NCBI GenBank assembly: GCA_050293845.1
Contig: JBNKNM010000154.1
Span: 1 to 13,480 of the forward strand
DNA: 13,480 bases
Source: Pseudobacteriovorax sp.
GTDB lineage: Bacteria > Bdellovibrionota_B > Oligoflexia > Oligoflexales > Oligoflexaceae
Direction of reading: 5' to 3'
Shown here: positions 1 to 7,412 of the stretch, in pieces
Numbering within the stretch: the first letter of the stretch is position 1
Layout: each line of letters opens with the position of its first letter
Translations under genes and position numbers: made by a program
The notes under the pieces: model-generated
The model's database searches: none
What the model was told of the DNA's origin: nothing
Seen by the model: only the letters and a program-made list of their open reading frames with translations

Positions 1-1222
1 CCGTATTAACATACATAGGAAGAATGACAACAATTTTGAAATTAAAATCTCCTGAATTGTTTATAGACCAAAGATAATGAAATCTAAACGCTGGTAGTAC
101 TTTAATTTTAAGATTTAATGATTCGGCAAAGCTATCCTTGAAAATATTTCCTATAACTCCTATTTGATGTGGACATAGACTTTGTTTGATTTCAGCTTCA
201 GAAGGCTTAAAATGGAAATCTTGGGAATATATAACAGCTCCGCCATGATATCCGATTAGTTTATCTGTTTGTTTTGCTTCGTAGCATGCCAATGCTAAAG
301 CTCTATCAATCGGTTGATTTTCATTCCAATCAAGGATCATTTCGATCTTGCCATTGAAAGACCTCAATAGATTACAATAGGAATAAAAAGCAAAAAGAGG
401 GTCCCATGCATACTTATTCCACCACAAGTTGCTTATTTCAGTATTTATATATCTGGTAATATATACAGAAAATGAACTGTCAAATTGATATTCTCTCAGG
501 CCCATAGCTATTACTTTGTATGATACTTGCAAAATATTAACTAAAGATAAGTACTTTTCTTTAATTAAAAATGGAATCTCAAAGCTTTTAGATTTAAGCA
601 GTTTCTGCCATTTAAAATATTCAAATATTTTAAATCCAGTTAAATTAGGGACATACACTATTCTATCGATAAGCTTTCGTGGGGAACCTACAAAAGAACT
701 GTAGTACCTATCGAAAAATTTATCGCCGTTTAGCATTTCTGGGACTACAAATATATCGACTAAAATTGGCGAAACTCTAATTTTATTTTTATCAGTAGAG
801 TAAACTAACCCTAAGAACTTCAAGTATAATATACGCCATAAAATTTTTGCTAGGCTCACTAATTTATGGACAATAGTATGATTAGGCTTCATTACTCTAA
901 CTATAGTGCTAGATGGTATAAATGAAACTAAAGATTCTTTTTCACTGCGATTATTTAAAATCAATTCCTTTACATAAAAATTATTAAATTGCAAAGAACA
1001 CAAGATAATTTTCCGCGCAATCAAATCAAAAAGAGGATTAATGTAAGGGCTTCGTGAAAGCATAGGTAACATAAGAATGTACTTTTGTCCTGCAAACTCT
1101 GATAGAAGCATTTTTATATTTTTTTCAAATTCTAAAACAATCTTTCTAAAATAAACGCTTTTTAGCTGTTCAAAACTTTCACTCCCTGAGCGCAGATCAA
1201 GAATCTCGTATGAATTATTCAT
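1..1222 (-). CDS. Hypothetical surface-carbohydrate biosynthesis protein, possibly glycosyltransferase-like; 3'-truncated at the window edge (>=407 aa)
   Basis: Absent from the ORF track because it has no stop in the window. Manual reading shows ATG at 1222-1220, an AGGT RBS-like motif overlapping the upstream gene's TAG, and no in-frame stop down to position 2. Translation: MNNSYEILDLRSGSESFEQLKSVYFRK...ILVDIFVVPEM...KFFDRYY...ILDWNENQPIDRALAL...LIGYHGG...LCPHQIGVIG...VLPAFRFHYLW...KIVVILPMYVNT. Confidence is high for coding, low for function. Confidence 0.85.
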   Translation of the reverse strand, partial: MNNSYEILDLRSGSESFEQLKSVYFRKIVLEFEKNIKMLLSEFAGQKYILMLPMLSRSPYINPLFDLIARKIILCSLQFNNFYVKELILNNRSEKESLVSFIPSSTIVRVMKPNHTIVHKLVSLAKILWRILYLKFLGLVYSTDKNKIRVSPILVDIFVVPEMLNGDKFFDRYYSSFVGSPRKLIDRIVYVPNLTGFKIFEYFKWQKLLKSKSFEIPFLIKEKYLSLVNILQVSYKVIAMGLREYQFDSSFSVYITRYINTEISNLWWNKYAWDPLFAFYSYCNLLRSFNGKIEMILDWNENQPIDRALALACYEAKQTDKLIGYHGGAVIYSQDFHFKPSEAEIKQSLCPHQIGVIGNIFKDSFAESLNLKIKVLPAFRFHYLWSINNSGDFNFKIVVILPMYVNT

Positions 1223-1230
1223 TTTATAAC

Positions 1231-2151
1231 CTAATTGCTTTTTAAGCCGTTGATAGCGGCCTCGCCCATAGCTAAAACCGACTCTTGAGCGCTACCTCCC
1301 ATATGGGGAGTGGCAATAAAATTATTTAATAAAAATAATGGTGAGTCTGTATTCGGTTCGTCTAAAAATACATCACTTGCAGCACCAGCTATCATGCCCT
1401 CATGCAAAGCTAAAAACAGATCGTTTTCTTCTACAATTCCACCCCTTGATGTATTAATCAGAAAACTATTCAACTTCATTTGTTTTAATTCATTTAGTGC
1501 TATGATGTTCTTCGTTTGATCCGTCAGTGGTAAGTGAATCGAAATAAAATCTGAATTATGAAAAAGGGTATTTAAATCAACACTAACAACATTATTTTTG
1601 CTAAAAAACTCTTCATCTACTTTTATATCATGAGCAATTATATTATCTGTGAAAGGCTTTACTAAAGTAACCAGTTCTTTTCCAACATTCCCACAACCTA
1701 AAACACCAACTGTTTTTCCAGTTAGTAGATTACCTGATTCCAATTTCCAAGAAGCACCTTTTAATCTATGAGCATTTAAGAAGCACTTTGAGCATAAATT
1801 AAGCATAAAAGTAAGGGCTAATTCGGCGACACCTCGCTTATTAACACCCTGAACATGAGAGATAGAAACATTACTTTGCTTTAGTGCCTCAAAATCTATC
1901 TTATCCAATCCTACCCCATACTTAGAGATATGGCGTAAACTTGGCAGTTGACTCAAAAGAGACGCATCAATTTTCTCAAGGGCAATAATAGCTTGATCAG
2001 CACCCTTTAAAAAATTTACTAATTCTTCCCCAGCTAGTCTCTTTCCTTTATCATTAAATCTGAAATCTGAATTTGGAAAAGTTTTTAATATTGTTTCCCT
2101 AAGAGTAGGGTTTTTAGAAAATGAACTTGAGGCGATCGCAATAACTTCCAC
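1231..2151 (-). CDS. D-isomer-specific 2-hydroxyacid dehydrogenase (phosphoglycerate-dehydrogenase-like, no ACT domain)
   Basis: Motifs GVGLDKID, VAEL, Rossmann GCGNVG, HLPL, INTSRGG (Arg), DVFLDEP (Glu), TPHMGG (His). 306 aa. GTG start directly abuts the TAA of the SIS gene. Confidence 0.92.
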   Translation of the reverse strand: MEVIAIASSSFSKNPTLRETILKTFPNSDFRFNDKGKRLAGEELVNFLKGADQAIIALEKIDASLLSQLPSLRHISKYGVGLDKIDFEALKQSNVSISHVQGVNKRGVAELALTFMLNLCSKCFLNAHRLKGASWKLESGNLLTGKTVGVLGCGNVGKELVTLVKPFTDNIIAHDIKVDEEFFSKNNVVSVDLNTLFHNSDFISIHLPLTDQTKNIIALNELKQMKLNSFLINTSRGGIVEENDLFLALHEGMIAGAASDVFLDEPNTDSPLFLLNNFIATPHMGGSAQESVLAMGEAAINGLKSN

Positions 2152-2784
2152 TTATTTTATCCTGCAATTATATTCTTGATTATACTTTAACTTTTCAATT
2201 AAATACGAAGAAAGTAGATGATCAATAATCATATGCACATCTTCAACTGGACCGTATTCACCCTTATTTGATGGCACATGAAGGGTATATTTTGCTACAG
2301 ATTTTAATTGCCCACCATCAAATCCGGTGATACCAATTGTGATGCCTTTGTGTCCATTAGCCCAGTTGACCGCTTGCAAAACATTTTTAGAATTTCCTGA
2401 TGCACTAATGGCGACCACAACATCACCAGGCTTCATGATATTGCGTAACTGAAATTCGAAAATACAATCATAAGAATCATCATTGGCAATAGCTGTGATA
2501 ACTGAAACATTATCTGTAAGTGCGATAGACTTATATGGCTTTTGATAAGACCTTGTTCCTACGCTAAGATCATTAGCAAAATGACTTGCTGTTGCCGCAC
2601 TACCACCATTTCCCATAAAAATGACTGTGCGACCTTCATCCCTAGCTTCTTCAATTATTTTTAAGAAATTTGCTAGCTCAGTTTTGCTGATTGATTCTAA
2701 TAAAACTCCAAGATAGTTGAAATATTTGTTTGCATATTCTTCAAAACTATTAGAACCGTCAAAAAATTTCGTTAGATTGCTCAT
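2152..2784 (-). CDS. SIS-domain sugar-phosphate isomerase, GmhA/phosphoheptose-isomerase-like (divergent)
   Basis: Motifs GNGGSAATASHFANDL, TAIAND, AISASGNSKNV, ITGFDGG, YGPVEDVH. Start revised from 2823 to the ATG at 2784 (MSNLTKFF) because GGAG lies just upstream; 210 aa; overlaps the 3' end of the oxidoreductase gene by 26 nt. Confidence 0.9.
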   Translation of the reverse strand: MSNLTKFFDGSNSFEEYANKYFNYLGVLLESISKTELANFLKIIEEARDEGRTVIFMGNGGSAATASHFANDLSVGTRSYQKPYKSIALTDNVSVITAIANDDSYDCIFEFQLRNIMKPGDVVVAISASGNSKNVLQAVNWANGHKGITIGITGFDGGQLKSVAKYTLHVPSNKGEYGPVEDVHMIIDHLLSSYLIEKLKYNQEYNCRIK

Positions 2785-3859
2785 TAGCCTTCTCCGTCGT
2801 TCTTTGTGAAAAACCTTCTTCACCCGTTAACTCTGACTCTAAGGAAAATTGATCCTTCCATTTTGAATCAGCGCAATAAATGCGATAAACTAACTGCATA
2901 GTTTTTAGTGCATCTTCACCTGATCCGTTTAAGATGGGAGTATCTCTATCGATGCATTTTTGAAATTCATCTATTTCCCGTTTCCATGAAAGATCTTTAT
3001 TGTAACGAATCTTGGTTTCAAGCGGGTCCCCCATATCATCGTCATTCTTTTCCACTATTATTATAGTTTCTGCTCCATAACTCTTGGAACCAGACAATAT
3101 TCCTGATAATATTATAGATCCTTCTGTCATCCCAATTTCCAAGCTAAATCGATGACGCCATTGCGTTGCCGAGGAATTGAGCATCCCCACAATACCAGAT
3201 GAAGTTTTCATTAAAGCATAGGCATTATCTTCAACGTCATGGTTCCAATAATCATTAGAAATAAAAGAATGAATTTCTTCAAATTCACCAGCAAATAGCC
3301 GAAATAGATCTACCATATGGATACCCTGATCTAATAAAATCCCCCCACCGGCAACAGCTCTTTTTGTACGCCAGTCACTTCTAAAATCAAGAATTTTTGA
3401 CTTACCATACACGCCTCGTAAATTAATAACCTTGCCTATTTCACCACTTTTGACTATGGACAAAGCTTTCACCACTGAATCGTGGTATCTATGATTGAAA
3501 CCATACTTTAATTTTAGATGGGGATATTGCTTGGAAACTTTAAGAACTTCTATTATATCTTGTACGGTTCTACCTGGAGGCTTCTCACAAAACACATGAC
3601 TACCAGATTGCAGCCCCAAAATAGTAGCTTCAGGCGCGACATCATTTGTGAGGCATACTAACAATGCATCCAAATTTTCCGCTTGTATCATCGCTCTATA
3701 ATTATTGTAAAATAAAGTCTTACCTTCTAAGATACCTTTCTCAGCTTTAAAGTTTTGATCACAGACACTAACGACTTCATACCTGGGATTCTGTTTGATG
3801 ACTTCATGCCGCCTTTTTCCCACGATACCATATCCAGCGATTCCTACTTTAATTGTCAT
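2759..3859 (-). CDS. Gfo/Idh/MocA-family NAD(P)-dependent oxidoreductase
   Basis: N-terminal Rossmann VGIAGYGIVG, HVFCEKP, GFNHR, GGGILLDQGIHMVD; 366 aa. Confidence 0.93.
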   Translation of the reverse strand: MTIKVGIAGYGIVGKRRHEVIKQNPRYEVVSVCDQNFKAEKGILEGKTLFYNNYRAMIQAENLDALLVCLTNDVAPEATILGLQSGSHVFCEKPPGRTVQDIIEVLKVSKQYPHLKLKYGFNHRYHDSVVKALSIVKSGEIGKVINLRGVYGKSKILDFRSDWRTKRAVAGGGILLDQGIHMVDLFRLFAGEFEEIHSFISNDYWNHDVEDNAYALMKTSSGIVGMLNSSATQWRHRFSLEIGMTEGSIILSGILSGSKSYGAETIIIVEKNDDDMGDPLETKIRYNKDLSWKREIDEFQKCIDRDTPILNGSGEDALKTMQLVYRIYCADSKWKDQFSLESELTGEEGFSQRTTEKANEQSNEIF

Positions 3860-3920
3860 AATTACCCACTTTTATTTTAAACAGTATATATAAAATTTGT
3901 GGAGGTTCTAATCATTTCGA

Positions 3921-4730
3921 TTAAATATCTTCCATTAATGATTGATTTTCTATAACCATGAAATGATTATCTGCCTTAACTAATCCTGAACACATAAAAG
4001 GGTTATCTATATGACCGTTACTAGCAAAAACTTCACATTTTAAAGTATTGATATCGATACTTATTTGCACCTGTCCTCCAGCTTTCGCTACCATAGCTAC
4101 TCCTGCTGCTACATCCCAAAAAAAGATGTCTTTTTCATAATAAGCGTCTATTTTCCCCATTGCTACGAACAGTAGACTCGCAACGGCAGAGCCATACATT
4201 CTTACCTTTTTAAATTGTAGTAATTTTGCATATATGGTTTCATAAGCCTCAGGTGAATGAGAAGCTGCTACAGGAAAGCCTGTGGCAATAACAGAGTCTA
4301 TATTCTTATCTATTGACGAAGTTGCAAGATCTATAAGAGATGAATCATCTAGACCGGAGTAAATTTTTCGACTGTATAGATCGTAAATAAATCCCACAAC
4401 AGGAGTTGCCCCTTTACATAGGGCTATGGAAACAGCGTAGAAAGGAAGCTCTCTTGAAAAATTAAAAGATCCATCTAGAGGGTCAACAACCCAAAACAAA
4501 CCTTCTCGACTCATATACTTCCAACTATTTACTCTCTCTTCAGAGATAATAGGAAGTGTTGAATATCTACTAATAATATTAACTATAAGTTTATCGAGCT
4601 CTAAATCTGCCTTTAATTTCAAATCAAAACCAGAGCAATCTATTGAGTCTCGAGGCATAGACGAATAAGACTCAATTGCATTTGAAATCTCTTGAAATAT
4701 TTTTTTTATTATAGTTTTATTAACTCTCAC
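3921..4730 (-). CDS. Inositol monophosphatase family (SuhB/CysQ-like) sugar phosphatase
   Basis: Motifs ISEE, WVVDPLDGSFNF, RMYGSA, WDVAAG; GTG start with GAGG RBS; 269 aa. Confidence 0.92.
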   Translation of the reverse strand: MRVNKTIIKKIFQEISNAIESYSSMPRDSIDCSGFDLKLKADLELDKLIVNIISRYSTLPIISEERVNSWKYMSREGLFWVVDPLDGSFNFSRELPFYAVSIALCKGATPVVGFIYDLYSRKIYSGLDDSSLIDLATSSIDKNIDSVIATGFPVAASHSPEAYETIYAKLLQFKKVRMYGSAVASLLFVAMGKIDAYYEKDIFFWDVAAGVAMVAKAGGQVQISIDINTLKCEVFASNGHIDNPFMCSGLVKADNHFMVIENQSLMEDI

Positions 4731-4764
4731 GAAGTAACCTCAAGTTATCGATATACGAATATAA

Positions 4765-6633
4765 TTAACTTTCAAGTTGTTGTTGCAGTTCATATTTCAA
4801 AATTTTTACAGGATAAAATCTATCTTCTGAGGGGTATAGACTACTTAAGTTGTGAACAGGATTATTCTGAATAAAATACTCTCTCGTTTTGCGAAATAGA
4901 TTTTCCTTTGACTCAGCAACAATATTTAATTCCGAGTAACTAAAAAAAGGAAGCGGAGCAGACAGTCCAAAATCATAAAATATGACAGGTTTTTTCAAAA
5001 AAAGAAGTTCATCACCAAAAGATGTGTGCATGGCAATAGCACCACTGCAAATACTAGCCATTTTAAACGGAGTATACTTTGCTAACTGGTCTTCATAGTG
5101 AATATTTTCTGTTTGAAGTATGGTTTTGAAAATTTTGCGCATCTTTAGAACATGAGGAAGAGTGACCTCTTTCTCTTTTATCACAAAAAACAAACCGCGA
5201 TATTTCCTGGCAAGACTAATAATATCCTCATAGAATTTCATGTTATTTTTCCAATTATTTACGAGAGTCATGCGATTAGCATACTCATCGCGAGGACTAT
5301 GAAATGGTAAGACCAATATTATTTTTCTATCACCAGCCAGAGATTTGTAATAATCATCTATACAATCATCAGGATATTTTGCAACTCGAATAGGCCCCGC
5401 ATTAACATAACTTCCAATGGCATAATAATCAGGATATTTTTTCATTTCCAAAATTGCTGCCTGAGAAATACTCACATATGTATCTAACAAAAGAGGATAT
5501 CCTTTTAAAAAAGCTGGCAGTAATCTTTCTTGAGTCGCTAGCACCTTTATCTTTTTTAGAAAAAGTGCGTATAACAGTGGTTTAGGAACTAAAATATCGA
5601 AACCTAACAGGGCTAACTTAGATTCTTTATATTTCTCCAAAGCAGCAAGATACCGCTCTACTTGTAAATGAAATTTTGTAACAATCAAGGTCAAAGCACA
5701 ACTATTCAGTCCTTGACTGATTCCCTTTAAAAAGCTTTTGAAATGAATTTTTTTAATAATATTGATTTTCTTAGGAAATTTACGATGCAAATCGTCAAAA
5801 GGAATACTTCTTTTTTCAAACCACTCGAAGGATTCGCGACTTTGATCAGCTTCATCGCCATAGCCTAGAAAGACCATGTTTTCTGGTTTTAGGTCTGTAA
5901 TTTGCTCATCAAAATAGTGATCTTTTAAGAACAGATCTCCATAATAAATTCCCTTATGGGGAAAAAACAGAACACGAGATTCGTAATGAGATTCTTGTTC
6001 GACTAGCCTCGGTGAGCTTTTATTTGGGAAAGAAGAAAAATTTGATAAAATTCTCTGATATAACTTCTTCATAAATTTCGATGATTTTTTCAAACTAAGC
6101 CGCCGCAAGATATTGCGAGGAAATAAAATTGTTTGATAATTTTTTTGCATCGATTTAGCTATAAAAGAAATATACCATTTCCCTTTGGTATCTAAGACTA
6201 TTACCTTTTTCTGACTTGATGCTAGTTCACTGGCAAAGAGGTGGAGAAACGTTTTTTCATCGATACAGCTTAGAAAGTATCCACTGATAGCAGCCATCAG
6301 TTTATTCTCAGACTCTTCTGAGTCAACCCAACGGCAAGAAATCTCTTTGAAATAGTAATTTTTTGATAACCATGGCTTAGTATTTACCAGCCAATTATCG
6401 CGTAGCTTGTACCATTTTTCGGCAGCTTGTTTGACATTTTCAAAGCTGAGTGGGGTAAACAGTTTCGTATATTCTTCATCAAGACTAGACTCTAGATAGA
6501 AAATTGACCAACCAAATTTATGCAAAAGATAACAAATGAGGTATGAAATCTTTCCGATATTATCAACCACAAGGGTTTTACTTAACGCCTTCAATTGGTC
6601 TCGTCCTCTTTGGTTTAGTAATAAACCTCTCAC
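4765..6633 (-). CDS. Large hypothetical protein, candidate GT-B-like surface-polysaccharide transferase; first gene of the leftward operon
   Basis: 622-aa open frame. The C-terminal half has alternating beta/alpha motifs (VLATQER, AGPIRV, IILVLPFH, FFVIKEK, AIAMHTSFGDELLFLKKPVIFYDF) resembling the nucleotide-binding C-terminal domain of GT-B/KpsS/TagF-like enzymes. The GTG start is uncertain and the function is inferred. Confidence 0.75.
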   Translation of the reverse strand: MRGLLLNQRGRDQLKALSKTLVVDNIGKISYLICYLLHKFGWSIFYLESSLDEEYTKLFTPLSFENVKQAAEKWYKLRDNWLVNTKPWLSKNYYFKEISCRWVDSEESENKLMAAISGYFLSCIDEKTFLHLFASELASSQKKVIVLDTKGKWYISFIAKSMQKNYQTILFPRNILRRLSLKKSSKFMKKLYQRILSNFSSFPNKSSPRLVEQESHYESRVLFFPHKGIYYGDLFLKDHYFDEQITDLKPENMVFLGYGDEADQSRESFEWFEKRSIPFDDLHRKFPKKINIIKKIHFKSFLKGISQGLNSCALTLIVTKFHLQVERYLAALEKYKESKLALLGFDILVPKPLLYALFLKKIKVLATQERLLPAFLKGYPLLLDTYVSISQAAILEMKKYPDYYAIGSYVNAGPIRVAKYPDDCIDDYYKSLAGDRKIILVLPFHSPRDEYANRMTLVNNWKNNMKFYEDIISLARKYRGLFFVIKEKEVTLPHVLKMRKIFKTILQTENIHYEDQLAKYTPFKMASICSGAIAMHTSFGDELLFLKKPVIFYDFGLSAPLPFFSYSELNIVAESKENLFRKTREYFIQNNPVHNLSSLYPSEDRFYPVKILKYELQQQLES

Positions 6634-6968
6634 CTTTTGATTTTTAATTCCATGAATAAATTTGTCTCATCCTAACTTTTCACTCCATTCTCCAAATTTG
6701 ACGTTTTCAAGTAGTGGTTTTAAAGATTCCTTTCCCAAACACTCGGTGCATAAATACACCCACACATTTTCATGGCGAAAATCTTTGAAGTTTTAAGCAA
6801 TATAATTAGCTGTTTGAGAAAATCCATCGTATAAAAAACATGCCATATTCTATCATTTTTATTAAAAAATTTCTCTTGAAACCACTTTTTTGTCAAGTAT
6901 TTGCTTGATTTTAAGGGTAGATTGCCTGATTATTCTATAAATGACAGAAGTTATAAAGGCTCCATAAG
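6634..6968. promoter_or_regulatory. Divergent promoter region between the two glycan operons
   Basis: 335-bp AT-rich non-coding gap between head-to-head operons. Contains a perfect TTGACA on the - strand (6896-6891) without a good -10, and an inverted repeat TCAAG-N6-CTTGA (6893-6908). Exact promoters are not assignable. Confidence 0.55.
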
Positions 6969-7412
6969 ATGAGTAGTCCTATTTCTTTAAGGAATGCAAC
7001 GTTCAGCGACTGCATGACAATCCACGAGTGGCAGTGCATTCCTGGCATAAGGCAATTTAGTCGCAATCCGTCAATTCCAAGCCTTGAAGAACATTCAAAG
7101 TGGATGAAACGCAAACTACAAGACCCAGACTGTCGCTTTTTTATTATACTTTATGAGGACAAACCTGCTGGTTTCGTCCGTTTAGATAAAGTCAGCGAGG
7201 GAAAAAAGATGGATAAAGAGGTTTCCATTCTTGTAAATCCCATCTTTCAAAAGAGAGGAGTTGCACGACGAGCTCTCGCTCTTGTTCGTAGCAAATTTCG
7301 TGACCTCAATCTTTGGGCCTACATTGATCCCCAAAATAAAGCCTCAATCAGCTTATTTGAGCAGTCTGGATATGGCCCTTCATCCGGATATTATATTAAC
7401 TATGGCCAATAA
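6969..7412 (+). CDS. pseH: GNAT N-acetyltransferase, PseH-like (UDP-4-amino-4,6-dideoxy-AltNAc N-acyltransferase)
   Basis: LRNAT..D...IHEWQ...IRQFS....PSLEEH..W pattern typical of PseH-like GNATs, acetyl-CoA motif FQKRGVA, C-terminal NKASISLFEQSGY; lies in the pse operon. Confidence 0.78.
   Translation: MSSPISLRNATFSDCMTIHEWQCIPGIRQFSRNPSIPSLEEHSKWMKRKLQDPDCRFFIILYEDKPAGFVRLDKVSEGKKMDKEVSILVNPIFQKRGVARRALALVRSKFRDLNLWAYIDPQNKASISLFEQSGYGPSSGYYINYGQ

Noticed and set aside
516..704. 62-aa + strand ORF from the track
   Set aside because: Antisense shadow inside the >=407-aa - strand ORF; TTG start, no recognisable motif.
1310..1519. 69-aa + strand ORF
   Set aside because: Antisense to the conserved dehydrogenase gene.
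1231..2151. Annotation as housekeeping serA
   Set aside because: No ACT domain and embedded in a glycan operon; only the family is supportable.
3860..3920. Imperfect inverted repeat (CCAC-TTTTAT...ATAAAA-TTT-GTGG) in the 61-bp gap
   Set aside because: Mostly A/T pairing with a bulge; expected by chance at this composition.
4692..4874. 60-aa + strand ORF
   Set aside because: Antisense overlap of two - strand genes; no motif.
6831..6845. Sigma54-like TGGCATG-N4-TTAT on the - strand
   Set aside because: Good -24 element, but the essential -12 GC is replaced by AT.
6634..6968. JUMPstart/ops element or small leader ORF (MELKIKR* overlapping the GTG at 6633)
   Set aside because: No GGCGGTAG ops match; the 7-codon ORF is too short to support.
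7261..7401. 47-codon upstream extension of the pseG frame (possible frameshifted PseH-PseG fusion)
   Set aside because: The pseH frame carries the intact GNAT C-terminal motif through this stretch and PseG homology starts right after ATG 7402. I saw no convincing slippery site before the pseH stop. The track's extensions of pseI (8501), pseB (9537) and SIS (2823) were rejected likewise.
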